Notes under the pieces: generated by a model
Database searches by the model: none
Told to the model about the DNA's origin: nothing
What the model saw: only the letters and a program-made list of their open reading frames with translations
DNA from: Nitrosovibrio sp. Nv4
GTDB lineage: Bacteria; Pseudomonadota; Gammaproteobacteria; Burkholderiales; Nitrosomonadaceae
Assembly: GCA_945860135.1 (NCBI GenBank)
Contig: CAMAPK010000005.1
Location: 2,118-66,117, forward strand
DNA: 64,000 bases
Direction: 5' to 3'
In this document: positions 40,323 to 50,338 of the stretch, in pieces
Layout of the letters: the number at the start of each line of letters is the position of its first letter
Position numbering within the stretch: the first letter of the stretch is position 1
Position numbers and translations under genes: made by a program

Positions 40323-41603
40323 TCAGATGGTTTTGCCGAGCAACCGCACTTCCCGCTGCGGGAAAGGAATTTCGATGCTGTTGTTCTGAAATTCCCGCCA
40401 GATTTCCATATTGATGGCGGAACGCAAGCCAATTTGCCCTTCCTCCGGGTCGCTGATCCAGAAACCCAGTTCGAGATTGATACCGTTGTCGGCAAATTCC
40501 TTCAGAAATGTCATTGGCTCCGGATCGGCGAGCACACGCGGCTGCTTGCGCGCCGCTTCCTGCATGATATGCATGGCTGCTTCCAGCGGGCTGCCGTAGC
40601 TTATCTGCACGGTCAGCGCCAAGCGCACCCGATTGTTGGTATGTGTCTGCTTGACCACGGTGGAAGTGATGAAGGTGTCGTTGGGAACGATGGACTCGAC
40701 GCCGTCAAGACCATGCAGCACCACATAACGGTTGGTGAGATCGACGACTTTGCCGGTACGGTTGTCTACCGTCACCACATCGCCCAGCCGCAGCGAGTGA
40801 TCCAGCAGAATAATGAAGCCGCTGACATAGTTGCTGGCGATTTTTTGCAGGCCGAGTCCCAGGCCTACGCCGAGCGCACCGCCGAATACCGACAGTACCG
40901 TGACATCCACTCCGATCAGCGGCAGCGTGATCAGTACACTCAACAGAATAAGCATGGTGCGGGCGACTTTCGACAACATCACCCGCTGGTTCATATCCAG
41001 CGCTGCGATACTCATGACGCGTGACTCCAGCGAACTGGCGAGCCATAATGCCAGCAGCATGCTAACCGTGAATGCCACAATTCCCTGCAGGATCAGCAGT
41101 ACTGAGAGTCGTTGCTGGCCAACGTGAAAGGCAACAGCATCCAGCATGCCCAGTATTTCCGGCAGCACGCCGAGGATATGCAGCGCCAGCACGGTCCATA
41201 TGCTCCAGCCGATGGTGCGTTCCCACGGATGCAGCCACTGCTGGTCGTGAAAAACCCGGCGCAATATGTAGATGGCGATGCGAATCAGCGCGAGCGCAAA
41301 CAGCAACGGGATGGCGATATTAAGCAGATGCGTCGGATGCCAGTGCTGGAGCGCCCATCTGCCGAGAACAACCAGGACCAGTGCAAACAGGGGGAACATG
41401 AGCCGGCTCAAGTTGCTTGCGCTGATAATGGGGGCGCGATCGGCGCCCACCTGTGAGGTGACGCGTCCGGCGAGTTGTCTTTGCAGCAGCCAGGCAACCC
41501 CCAGACTTGCGAGCAGCACAGCGAACTGCCACAGGGCGCTGATTTCCTGCAGGTCAGTAATCAGATTGCTTAGTAGACTCTGGAATTCGTTATTGAGTTG
41601 CAT
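40323..41603 (-). CDS. mechanosensitive ion channel (MscS family)
   Basis: 426 aa. Multiple N-terminal TM helices, then SNYVSGFIILLD..LRLGDVV...G.VV.L..R..VL, the MscS pore/beta-domain signature. Confidence 0.85.
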   Translation of the reverse strand: MQLNNEFQSLLSNLITDLQEISALWQFAVLLASLGVAWLLQRQLAGRVTSQVGADRAPIISASNLSRLMFPLFALVLVVLGRWALQHWHPTHLLNIAIPLLFALALIRIAIYILRRVFHDQQWLHPWERTIGWSIWTVLALHILGVLPEILGMLDAVAFHVGQQRLSVLLILQGIVAFTVSMLLALWLASSLESRVMSIAALDMNQRVMLSKVARTMLILLSVLITLPLIGVDVTVLSVFGGALGVGLGLGLQKIASNYVSGFIILLDHSLRLGDVVTVDNRTGKVVDLTNRYVVLHGLDGVESIVPNDTFITSTVVKQTHTNNRVRLALTVQISYGSPLEAAMHIMQEAARKQPRVLADPEPMTFLKEFADNGINLELGFWISDPEEGQIGLRSAINMEIWREFQNNSIEIPFPQREVRLLGKTI

Positions 41604-41696
41604 GGCAATGTGCTGGAACGGGAATTAATTCTAACATGTGCAGTGATGCAAACGTAGGGTCCCATGTTTGTTGCAACAGAGCCGCATGGCGCGTGG

Positions 41697-42269
41697 TTAG
41701 CGGTAAGGCTGCGAATGCTCGTAGTGCTGTTGCCAGTTTTTTAGATAAAGCTCGGTAAGTGCCGCGTTGCCGCGTAGCACCAGCACATTCTCTGCATTTT
41801 TGTGCTGCGCGGCCTGGGTGAAGTTGAAGCTGCCGGTCACCAGCGCTGTTTCCGGACTGCCGGCGTCGATTACCATCACCTTGTTGTGGGCGCTGGTGTG
41901 ATCGGCGTCGAGGAAAACCGGCACGCCTGCAGCTGCGATTCGTGCGATCAAGCTGGTGGGGATTTTTTCGGTCTGCTCCTTGTCGGCAATCACTTTCACA
42001 TCCACGCCACGGCGTTTGGCGGCGATCAGTGCTTCGGCGATTTCGCGATGGGTGAAACTGAACGCTTGCACCAGCACCTGGCGGTGTGCGCCGTTGATAG
42101 CGTTCGCGATCAGCTTGCCGGCATCGTCTCCCGGCGTGAAGGCAATCTGTATCGTACCGGTGGCGGGGAGGGCGACGGGCTTGCCGCCGTGACCGGAAGC
42201 TGGCTCGAAAGCTGCTGCGGGGGCGGCAAACAGGACTGCCAGGCAAGCTGCGATAACAGCAGTACGCAT
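41697..42269 (-). CDS. secreted phospholipase D-family protein (Nuc-like endonuclease type)
   Basis: ORF 41697..42623 trimmed to ATG 42269 (MRTAVIAACLAVLFAAPAAA signal peptide), 2 nt after the rsmB stop. Single HKD motif (TSAHNKVMVIDAGS...TGSFNFT), size ~190 aa as in Nuc. Confidence 0.8.
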   Translation of the reverse strand: MRTAVIAACLAVLFAAPAAAFEPASGHGGKPVALPATGTIQIAFTPGDDAGKLIANAINGAHRQVLVQAFSFTHREIAEALIAAKRRGVDVKVIADKEQTEKIPTSLIARIAAAGVPVFLDADHTSAHNKVMVIDAGSPETALVTGSFNFTQAAQHKNAENVLVLRGNAALTELYLKNWQQHYEHSQPYR

Positions 42270-42271
42270 GT

Positions 42272-43531
42272 TTACTTTCCCGCAAATTCCAATGCGGCGG
42301 CAAAAAAACCGTCGGTGCCGTGCAGGCTGGGCGACAGTTGCAGGAATTTGCCGGTGTCGAGCGGGATCTTTTGCTGTGCCAACAGTTCGGCGCAATTCAG
42401 CAACGTGTAGCGGGGATGAGCGGCGAGAAAATGTTCGATGATTTCCTGGTTTTCCTCCGGCAGAAAGCTGCACGTGGCATAGACCAGCCTGCCGCCGGGT
42501 TTGAGCAGGTTGGCTGCGGACGACAGAATTGCGGTCTGCTTGCGCTTGAGTCCTTCGATGCTGTGCGGAGACTGCCGCCATTTCAAATCCGGATTGCGGC
42601 GCAGCGTGCCCAACCCGCTGCACGGCGCATCCACCAGAACCCGGTCGATCTTTCCGCTCAGACGCTTCACCTTGATGTCGTTTTCATTGGCGATGCGCTG
42701 CGGATGCAGGTTGGACAGGCCCGAGCGCTTGAGGCGCGGTTTCAGATTGTTCAGCCGTTTCTCGGAAATATCGAAAGCGTAAACGCGGCCTTGCGAGTGC
42801 ATCAATGCGCCCAGCATCAGCGTCTTGCCGCCGGCGCCCGCGCAGAAATCCACCACCATGTCGCTGCGCTTCGGCGCCAGCAGATAGCCCAGCAACTGGC
42901 TGCCTTCGTCCTGCACTTCCACCTTGCCGGCCAAGAACAGTGCATGGCGATTGATTGCGGGCTTGCCGACCAGACGGATGCCGCTGGGCGAGTAAGGGGT
43001 GGCGCTGCCTTCGATGCCGTCCTTGATCAGCGCCGCCAGTATTTCGTCACGGCTGGCAAGCAGGGTATTGACGCGCAGATCCAGTGAGGCAGTCTGTTGC
43101 AGTGAGCGCCCCAGATTGAGAATATCGGCCTCCGTCATGCAACTGCGCAGTTTTTCCACCAGCCATTCGGGAAACTCGGCCTGGATGGCAAGCGGCTGCG
43201 ATTCTGGCGTTGCTGCCTTGATCCCTGTAAGCCATTTGGCCTCAGTTTCGCTGACGAGCGGCGTCAATTCGCGCAGGTTCATGCCCTGGAATTTAACCAG
43301 GTAGGCAAGCAACAGCGGACGCGGGGCAGTGGTATCGGCGGCGCGCTCAAGGAAAAATCGATGACGCAAAATACCGAACACTATTTCGGTGATGAATGCC
43401 CGATCGTTTACGCCGAGTTCGGGGCTGTCACGGAAAAAGTGCCGCAGGATTGCGTCAGCAGGGTGTTCCAGCGGCAGCACGGCGCGCAGTGCTGCGACAG
43501 CCATGTCCAGGTGAGCAGGGGTGAGACGCAT
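42272..43531 (-). CDS. rsmB: 16S rRNA (cytosine967-C5)-methyltransferase
   Basis: 419 aa. NusB-like N-terminus, DFCAGAGGKT SAM motif, DAPCSGLGTLRRNPD and YATCS catalytic Cys motifs. Confidence 0.9.
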   Translation of the reverse strand: MRLTPAHLDMAVAALRAVLPLEHPADAILRHFFRDSPELGVNDRAFITEIVFGILRHRFFLERAADTTAPRPLLLAYLVKFQGMNLRELTPLVSETEAKWLTGIKAATPESQPLAIQAEFPEWLVEKLRSCMTEADILNLGRSLQQTASLDLRVNTLLASRDEILAALIKDGIEGSATPYSPSGIRLVGKPAINRHALFLAGKVEVQDEGSQLLGYLLAPKRSDMVVDFCAGAGGKTLMLGALMHSQGRVYAFDISEKRLNNLKPRLKRSGLSNLHPQRIANENDIKVKRLSGKIDRVLVDAPCSGLGTLRRNPDLKWRQSPHSIEGLKRKQTAILSSAANLLKPGGRLVYATCSFLPEENQEIIEHFLAAHPRYTLLNCAELLAQQKIPLDTGKFLQLSPSLHGTDGFFAAALEFAGK

Positions 43532-43639
43532 CTATTGTTGATCCTACAAAGATGTGGAGAGAGTGAATGTCTTGCTTATTGGCACGACAGATATTGTAAG
43601 TGTCGGCACGGGCGTACATGGGCCCATGCCTGCAGCCGG

Positions 43640-44374
43640 TTATGGCAGCAGTTCCAGTTCCAGACGCAGCGCACTGGCGTCAGCGTAGCTTATTTTTGTG
43701 ATCATCTGGTCCAGTAACAGACCGCTTTCAGTAGCGACGATGCGCACTGGCAACATGTAATAGGCAGGGGCAAGCCAGACTTTGCGCTCGAGCTTGTCAT
43801 CCCCCTCCATCTGTTTTGTCAGCACAATGGTGTCGAGTTTGCCTAGCGGCGTGTCCAGTGCTTCCTTGTCCACGGTGTAGCGTACCAGCTTGAGGCTGCG
43901 GCCATCGGTCTCATGTATGTTCACGACTCCGTCGGGAGATGGGGAGAATGCGAAGCTGTATAACAGGCTCAATCGATCCTGGGTGCCCGCAGGCAAGGGG
44001 GTTTGCTGCTCATTGCCCCGGTTGTTGATGGTCAGCAGACTCTTTTCCCAATCGAAAATGGCTATTCTGGGCAACTTGTCGCGGCGCTGATCGGAAAAGC
44101 GGCGAGGTTGCAATCCCTGTTCGGTGATGCTGCCCACGCTATCACGCAGGACATTGCCTGACTGTACCAGCGCCAACAGACCGATAGCGCGGACTGCACT
44201 GCTGATTGCATAATTGCGCACACCGTTTTCCTGCCTGATCTCGAGGGTGTCGTTCGCCTCTCCTTCCAGGGCGCCGGATCGGATCGAATAGCTGATGTCG
44301 ATGCGGGTAGGGAGATCGTCAGCCAGGGTAGAGAAACTCAGTCCCCAAATCAAGGCAACAGCCAGGAGTCTCAT
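43640..44374 (-). CDS. DUF3108-family periplasmic protein
   Basis: 244 aa with a signal peptide. All-beta composition, and the position downstream of purN (4-nt overlap) is as commonly seen for DUF3108 in betaproteobacteria. Confidence 0.65.
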   Translation of the reverse strand: MRLLAVALIWGLSFSTLADDLPTRIDISYSIRSGALEGEANDTLEIRQENGVRNYAISSAVRAIGLLALVQSGNVLRDSVGSITEQGLQPRRFSDQRRDKLPRIAIFDWEKSLLTINNRGNEQQTPLPAGTQDRLSLLYSFAFSPSPDGVVNIHETDGRSLKLVRYTVDKEALDTPLGKLDTIVLTKQMEGDDKLERKVWLAPAYYMLPVRIVATESGLLLDQMITKISYADASALRLELELLP

Positions 44375-45009
44375 TTGTGTAATCCCGGCGAATATAAAAC
44401 CGCATCATCAGTTGCGGCGTTGCTTACCTCAACACGGTTATGGGAGAGTTGCAGTCGTTTTTCCAGAAACCAGCGTACAGCCTCGGGGTAAATGCGGTGT
44501 TCTTGCTGCAGCACCCGTGCTGCAAGGGTTACTGCGGTATCGTCCGGCAGCACTGGGACTGCAGCCTGAACAATGATCGGGCCATGATCGACCTGTGGTG
44601 TAACAAAATGTACGGTGCAGCCGTGAATTTTTACACCTTCCTGCAACGCGCGCGTGTGCGTATCGAGGCCGGGGAAAGCCGGCAACAACGACGGATGAAC
44701 GTTAATCAGCCTGCCGTGGTAACGATTGACGAAGACGTCGCCGAGTATGCGCATGAAACCGGCAAGCGCCACCAGGTCAGGCTGATAGGAATCAATTTTT
44801 TCCGCCAGTGCAGCATCGAATGCTACGCGGTCGGGATAAGCCAGTTGATCCACCACCTGTGTTTCGATCCCGTACATTTTTGCGATTCCCAGTCCCTCGG
44901 CCCCCGGTTTGTTGCTGATGACCGCAGCAACCCTACCTGGCAGGCTGGCTTCGATCAGCGCCTGCATGTTGCTGCCGCGACCGGAGATGAGAATGACAAG
45001 GGATTTCAT
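44371..45009 (-). CDS. purN: phosphoribosylglycinamide formyltransferase
   Basis: 212 aa. ISGRGSNMQALI, GFMRIL, NVHPSLLP and the HxV..D catalytic region. Confidence 0.95.
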   Translation of the reverse strand: MKSLVILISGRGSNMQALIEASLPGRVAAVISNKPGAEGLGIAKMYGIETQVVDQLAYPDRVAFDAALAEKIDSYQPDLVALAGFMRILGDVFVNRYHGRLINVHPSLLPAFPGLDTHTRALQEGVKIHGCTVHFVTPQVDHGPIIVQAAVPVLPDDTAVTLAARVLQQEHRIYPEAVRWFLEKRLQLSHNRVEVSNAATDDAVLYSPGLHK

Positions 45010-45042
45010 GGTGCTGTTAGCAGGATGGGCTCGCTTCGCCGT

Positions 45043-46101
45043 TCACTCAACTATCGTTTGCGCTTCATCTGCGCCGCGCTGACGGATAGTGCCGATGCGC
45101 CACACAGTCTCGCCTGCAGACTGCAGCATCCGCAGTGCTGCATCGGCATGTTCCGGCGCAATCACCAGCGCCATGCCGATGCCGCAATTGAAGACGCGGT
45201 GCATTTCACTGTCAGCGACATTACCTTGTTGTTGCAGCCAGCGGAACAGTGGCGGCATCTCCCACGCGCTTTTCTGCAGTACAGCAGTGACGCCTTCAGG
45301 TAAAACGCGCGGGATATTTTCCACCAGTCCGCCGCCAGTAATGTGCGCCATGCCTTTTACCGGCAGATGCCGCATCAATTCCAGCAACGGTTTCACATAT
45401 ATCCGGGTCGGCGCCATGATCACATCGCTTAACGCAGTACCGTTGAAGTCGGCGGACAAGTCTGTGCGGCTTTTCTCGATGATCTTTCGGATCAGCGAGT
45501 AGCCGTTGGAATGTGCGCCGCTGGAGGCCAGTCCCAGCACGACATCGCCTTCCTGGATAGTGAGGCCGGTGATGATATGGTCTTTCTCCACCACGCCCAC
45601 GGCAAAACCCGCGAGATCATATTCGCCTTCCGGGTACATGCCCGGCATTTCCGCAGTCTCACCACCGATCAAGGCGCAGCCCGACTGCTCACAGCCTGCG
45701 GCAATGCCCTTGACGACGCGGGTGGCGGTATCGACATCCAGTCTGCCGCAGGCGAAATAATCCAGGAAGAACAGCGGCTCTGCTCCTTGCACCAGAATGT
45801 CGTTGACGCTCATTGCCACTAGGTCTATGCCGACACTGTCGTGTCTGCCGAGCTCGAAAGCGAGTTTCAATTTGGTGCCGACACCGTCGGTGCCTGATAC
45901 CAACACCGGGTTACGGTATTTTTTGGAAATTTCAAACAGCGCGCCAAAACCGCCGATGCCGGCAAGCACTTCCGGGCGCATGGTGCGTTTGGCATAGGGT
46001 TTGATATTTTCCACCAGACGATCGCCGGCAGCAATGTCAACACCGGCGTCGCGGTAGGACAGATGGGTTGGGTGCGGATTTGCCGAATTGGATGCAGTCA
46101 A
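45043..46101 (-). CDS. purM: phosphoribosylformylglycinamidine cyclo-ligase
   Basis: 352 aa. [22 protein letters not shown] and [11 protein letters not shown] motifs. Confidence 0.95.
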   Translation of the reverse strand: MTASNSANPHPTHLSYRDAGVDIAAGDRLVENIKPYAKRTMRPEVLAGIGGFGALFEISKKYRNPVLVSGTDGVGTKLKLAFELGRHDSVGIDLVAMSVNDILVQGAEPLFFLDYFACGRLDVDTATRVVKGIAAGCEQSGCALIGGETAEMPGMYPEGEYDLAGFAVGVVEKDHIITGLTIQEGDVVLGLASSGAHSNGYSLIRKIIEKSRTDLSADFNGTALSDVIMAPTRIYVKPLLELMRHLPVKGMAHITGGGLVENIPRVLPEGVTAVLQKSAWEMPPLFRWLQQQGNVADSEMHRVFNCGIGMALVIAPEHADAALRMLQSAGETVWRIGTIRQRGADEAQTIVE

Positions 46102-46266
46102 GGGGGCCTCTGGAAGTTCAAAGCTCTAAGCAGACTCATTTGCTGGTTGAGAGTGCGAACGACATAGTGTTGCAACGGAATCTAAATTTTTGCAGGTACC
46201 CGTAAGTTGAGTTCTCATCCCATTGCAGATAGAGTGCCACTTTCAAGAAATGTGATTTTACCGTAA

Positions 46267-47328
46267 ATGGATCCCAAACACTCCGACGATCTGCATTATC
46301 TATGGTGGCTGGCGCTGGCCACCGTCGCCGGGGTGCTAGTTTATCTGTTAAGCCCGATACTCACGCCATTTCTGCTGGCTGGGATCATTGCCTATATCTG
46401 CAATCCACTGATGACGCGACTGGCGGCGGGAAGAATTTCGCGCACCTTCGGCGCCCTGCTGGTGATGGTACTGTTGCTGGGCGTATTTGTGGCATTGCTG
46501 CTGATCATGCTGCCGTTGTTCGAACAAGAAGTCTCCCGTCTGATTGAGCGGGCACCGGCTTATCTTGAAACAATCAAAGGCAACCTGATTCCATGGCTGG
46601 AAGCGCATCTGGGTATCAGCTTGCAACTGGATATTGCCACGCTCAAGCAGTTGCTGGCGCAGCATTGGCAAAGCGCGGGCGGGGCAGCGGCGAAGCTGCT
46701 GCCGTCGCTCACCAGCGGTGGCATGGCGGTGGTGGAGTTTTTCGTGAACCTGCTGCTGGTGCCGGTAGTGCTGTTCTATTTGCTGCGCGACTGGGATAGG
46801 CTGGTCAGGCGGGTCGATGAAATGATTCCGCGCCGCTGGCATGAACAGGCGCATACGCTTGCACGTGAAACCGATCGTGTGCTGGCGGAATTTCTGCGCG
46901 GACAGCTTGCGGTGATGCTGTTAATGAGCGTCTGTTACGTGACCGGGCTGTGGCTGGTGGGCCTGGAATTTGCATTGCCGATCGGGTTGCTGGCCGGACT
47001 GCTGGTGTTCGTGCCTTATCTGGGTGCGGCGGTCGGCCTGATCCTTGCGACCCTGGCAGCATTGATGCAGTTCCAGGGGTGGAGCGGCCTGCTGCCTGTA
47101 TGGGCGATATTTGCTGTTGGCCAGTTGCTGGAAGGGATGGTGGTAACGCCTTGGTTGGTCGGTGATCGCATCGGCCTGCACCCGGTGATGGTGATTTTCG
47201 CGCTGCTTGCATTCGGCCAGTTGTTCGGTTTCTTCGGCCTGTTGCTGGCGCTGCCGCTGAGCGCTGCATTGCTGGTATGGCTGCGTCATGCACGCGCACA
47301 GTATCTGCAAAGCGAGCTTTACAAATAA
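46267..47328 (+). CDS. AI-2E family transporter (PerM/YhhT-like)
   Basis: 353 aa polytopic protein. FVPYLGA and ...P.LVGDRIGLHP... motifs typical of UPF0118/AI-2E. Confidence 0.85.
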   Translation: MDPKHSDDLHYLWWLALATVAGVLVYLLSPILTPFLLAGIIAYICNPLMTRLAAGRISRTFGALLVMVLLLGVFVALLLIMLPLFEQEVSRLIERAPAYLETIKGNLIPWLEAHLGISLQLDIATLKQLLAQHWQSAGGAAAKLLPSLTSGGMAVVEFFVNLLLVPVVLFYLLRDWDRLVRRVDEMIPRRWHEQAHTLARETDRVLAEFLRGQLAVMLLMSVCYVTGLWLVGLEFALPIGLLAGLLVFVPYLGAAVGLILATLAALMQFQGWSGLLPVWAIFAVGQLLEGMVVTPWLVGDRIGLHPVMVIFALLAFGQLFGFFGLLLALPLSAALLVWLRHARAQYLQSELYK

Positions 47329-48012
47329 ATGAAACAACTGCTGCTGGATATCGCCCCACTGCCACCGCCCACACTGGCCAATTTCGTGCCGGGACGCAAC
47401 CGCGAACTGCTGCAGACTCTGGACGATATGCTGGCGGGGAAAGAACGGTTTGTTTATCTGTGGGGTGCAGCGGGTTGTGGCAGGAGCCATCTGTTGCAGG
47501 CAGTAGTTGTTGCAGCTACGCGCAACCAACTGAACGCGGTATATGTTAAGTGCGACAGTGCCGACAATATGAACACCGCGTTTGCTGCAGCCAGTGCCGC
47601 CGACTGCGCGGCAGTGGATAACGTGGAGCATCTCAGTGCCGACGCGCAAATCGATCTGTTCAACCTGTATAACCGCATGCGCGACGAAGGCCATGCACGG
47701 CTGCTGGTAAGCGGGCCGGTCGCGCCGGCACAACTGGGGCTGCGCGAGGATCTGGTCACGCGCCTGGGATGGGGACTGGTTTATCAGGTACATGAATTAA
47801 CCGATGAGGAAAAAGTACAGGCCATGCAAAGTCACGCTGCCAGCCGCGGTTTCGATCTGCCGCAGGAAGTGAGCGACTACCTGCTGCGGCATGGGCGACG
47901 CGATATGCCGTCATTGATCGCCATGCTCGATGCGCTGGACCGCTATTCGCTTGCAAGCCAACGTCAGATTACTGTGCCACTGCTGCGTGAATTATTGCGG
48001 GGGGCGCCATGA
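47329..48012 (+). CDS. hda: DnaA regulatory inactivator
   Basis: 227 aa. LWGAAGCGRSHLLQA Walker A, ...LVTRLGWGLVYQVHELTDEEK... and a DnaA domain III-like sequence. Confidence 0.85.
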   Translation: MKQLLLDIAPLPPPTLANFVPGRNRELLQTLDDMLAGKERFVYLWGAAGCGRSHLLQAVVVAATRNQLNAVYVKCDSADNMNTAFAAASAADCAAVDNVEHLSADAQIDLFNLYNRMRDEGHARLLVSGPVAPAQLGLREDLVTRLGWGLVYQVHELTDEEKVQAMQSHAASRGFDLPQEVSDYLLRHGRRDMPSLIAMLDALDRYSLASQRQITVPLLRELLRGAP

Positions 48013-48106
48013 CTCGTTACCGTGGAGCGGCCGTTTGCGGGAATGGCGCCCTGCCCCCCGTTTCTGCTTCTGATCCAGTTTTGCTTGCTGCATTGCGGTG
48101 GGAGCC

Positions 48107-48769
48107 ATGAATCTGGCGCTGTTTGATCTCGACAATACGCTGCTGGCAGGCGACAGCGATTTCGAGTGGGCGCAATTCCTGATCGAGCAGCGCGTGCTCG
48201 ACCGTGAAGTGTATGAAGCGCGCAATCTGGAATTCTACGAACAGTACAAAGCCGGCACCCTCGATATTCACGCGTTTCTCGATTTCCAGTTGAAACCATT
48301 GTCGCGTCACCCGCGCAGCCAGCTTGATACCTGGCACAGTGAATTCATGGCGAAAAAGATCAAACAGTTGATCGCGCCCGGTGCGCGCAAACTGATCGAG
48401 CAGCACATGCTCAACGGCGATTTGTGCGCCATCATCACCGCTACCAATAGCTTCGTGACTGCACCAATCGCGCAGGCGCTGGGCATCAGCCACCTGATTG
48501 CCACCGAACCGGAACAACAAGATGGCGAGTTCACTGGCCGGGTGTCAGGGACGCCCTGTTTCAGAGAAGGTAAAATCGCCCGGCTGGAAAGCTGGCTGGA
48601 CGAGCACAACCTCACCTGGCTATCGTTCCTCGAAAGCTGGTTCTACAGCGATTCGCTGAATGATCTGCCGCTGCTCATCAAAGTCACCCACCCGGTGGCG
48701 GTGGACCCCGATCCGACGCTGCGGAGTCATGCGGAGAAGAACGGCTGGCCCATCATCAGCCTGCGTTAG
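48107..48769 (+). CDS. HAD-IB family hydrolase
   Basis: ORF 48098 (GTG) trimmed to ATG 48107 (MNLALFDLDNTLL, the DxDxT motif). ITATN, then GK...R and YSDSLNDLPLL motifs. Confidence 0.8.
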   Translation: MNLALFDLDNTLLAGDSDFEWAQFLIEQRVLDREVYEARNLEFYEQYKAGTLDIHAFLDFQLKPLSRHPRSQLDTWHSEFMAKKIKQLIAPGARKLIEQHMLNGDLCAIITATNSFVTAPIAQALGISHLIATEPEQQDGEFTGRVSGTPCFREGKIARLESWLDEHNLTWLSFLESWFYSDSLNDLPLLIKVTHPVAVDPDPTLRSHAEKNGWPIISLR

Positions 48770-48861
48770 TATCCGGATAAGAAAGAAAACGCTGGTGGTT
48801 AAAAACGGCCAGCCGCGGCGCCGTCCAAACGTGATTCACCTGAGGGCAGAGGGAGGTTGCG

Positions 48862-49437
48862 GTGCGTACCCAGTCGTCCGTTGTTCAGACCCTAGTCATC
48901 ATCACCATAGTCGTATTCCTGTGGGAGTCCGATGCCGCCGGCCTGATGGTGAGCGCTTTCGCCCTGTGGCCGCTGCAAGCCGGGTTCATGCCTTGGCAAC
49001 TCGTGACCTATGCATTCTTGCACGCCAGCATCCTGCACCTCGCATTCAACATGTACGGCTTGTGGCTATTCGGCCGGGAACTAGAGAACTTGCTGGGGCG
49101 GCGCGCGCTGCTCCAGTTGTATTTCGCCAGTATCCTGTCGGCCGGGGTCACGCAACTGCTGTTTACGCACCTGACCGGGGATGTTTATCCAACGGTGGGC
49201 GCATCTGGCGGCGTATTCGGGATACTGCTCGCCTACGGGATATTCTTTCCGAACCGGGTCTTGATGCTCCTGTTCCCGCCCATTCCACTGCCGGCATGGC
49301 TGTTTGTGACCCTTTACGCAGGTATCGAACTGACCCTTGGCGTGACCGGGACCCAGGCTGGAGTGGCGCATTTTGCTCATCTCGGCGGCATGGCGGGTGG
49401 GTACCTGGTCATCCGCCGCTGGCGCCGCCGAAGCTGA
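48862..49437 (+). CDS. rhomboid-family intramembrane serine protease
   Basis: 191 aa. HLAFNM (TM2), GASGGVFG catalytic Ser and AHLGG catalytic His motifs. Confidence 0.85.
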   Translation: MRTQSSVVQTLVIITIVVFLWESDAAGLMVSAFALWPLQAGFMPWQLVTYAFLHASILHLAFNMYGLWLFGRELENLLGRRALLQLYFASILSAGVTQLLFTHLTGDVYPTVGASGGVFGILLAYGIFFPNRVLMLLFPPIPLPAWLFVTLYAGIELTLGVTGTQAGVAHFAHLGGMAGGYLVIRRWRRRS

Positions 49438-49688
49438 TGGGGTTGTATCCTGGCGTTCTATTGAACGGCTTGAGTGTTAGACCGAAAGGCCGTTGAGTGT
49501 CAGGAGGTGATCAGGCTTCAGCTCCACAGTTGCCATTCGTATAAATACGCGAATGCGTGCTGGCGGGCAGACCGGTTGCAGAGCAGTAGCAACTATTTGA
49601 ACGTTAATGATGAAATAAGGCATCAAGCATGTTTTGTGTGTAGAATTCCACCACTGGCTCATTTCATTGCGGATAGCGCATTTATCGA

Positions 49689-50063
49689 ATGGCTATAGAA
49701 AACCGGGAACCTCGACGTCGTGTCGTACATTGGCGAATCGCCATCGTTTTCGATGAGGCGGAGAAGAGGCCATCCATCCATGCTCATACGCATGACCTGT
49801 CGCTCAGCGGCGCTTCCGTACACACCGATCATAACGTGGCCACGAACACGCTGGTCACGGTCCTGTTGTCTCCTCCGGTAGCGTATGAGGGGGAGCGGCA
49901 GAAAGTGATCGAAATCAGAGCGAAACTGGTCTACTCGGTATATTCAGGCAGTAATTTTTGTTTCCGTATCGGTTTGAATTTCATCAAATTCAAGAACGAG
50001 GGCCTACAAATTCTCAAGGATATGCTCGACAATCAGTTGGATTCTCCAGGGTATATTCGATAA
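49689..50063 (+). CDS. single-domain PilZ protein, paralog 1
   Basis: 124 aa. REPRR (RxxxR) at residues 6-10 and DLSLSGAS (DxSxxG) about 26 residues later, the two c-di-GMP-contact motifs of PilZ. Confidence 0.7.
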   Translation: MAIENREPRRRVVHWRIAIVFDEAEKRPSIHAHTHDLSLSGASVHTDHNVATNTLVTVLLSPPVAYEGERQKVIEIRAKLVYSVYSGSNFCFRIGLNFIKFKNEGLQILKDMLDNQLDSPGYIR

Positions 50064-50175
50064 CCAGACTCGCGTGATTTCGATCAATAGATGCGCCAAG
50101 ATCACGCATCCAGGACACCTCTGCTGAGATCGCCTGCGACTTGTGTCAGGCAGACTTTCCACTCATGCTTCCTCT

Positions 50176-50231
50176 ATTCCTACAGAAAAATAGGCGGATT
50201 CCTACATTGGAATGTTGGCCTATCCAGCACA
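50176..50231 (+). promoter_or_regulatory. direct-repeat box, copy B, 107 nt upstream of PilZ paralog 2
   Basis: ATTCCTACAGAAAAATAGGCGGATTCCTACATTGGAATGTTGGCCTATCCAGCACA. Same phasing as copy A. Confidence 0.6.
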
Positions 50232-50338
50232 CTTTCCCGGTCTTAGTAGTCGAGGGCGCTAATGATAAGACTATGCAACAATATATGTTGCGCGTAGAAC
50301 TCCTGCCTTCACCTTGTCGCACATAGTGCAATCATCAA

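Noticed and set aside
41590-42623. Long minus-strand ORFs 41590..42303 and 41697..42623 suggesting a 237-308 aa protein
   Set aside because: Only the last 190 codons of 41697..42623 (from ATG 42269, with a signal peptide) look like a real protein. The upstream part overlaps rsmB, and 41590..42303 is an Arg-rich alternative frame.
49438-49688. Fourth copy of the ATTCCTACA box upstream of PilZ paralog 1
   Set aside because: Only a single degenerate 9-mer (ATTCCACCA at ~49647) is present, about 40 nt from the start codon. There is no second repeat at +22 and no ATCCAGCACA element.
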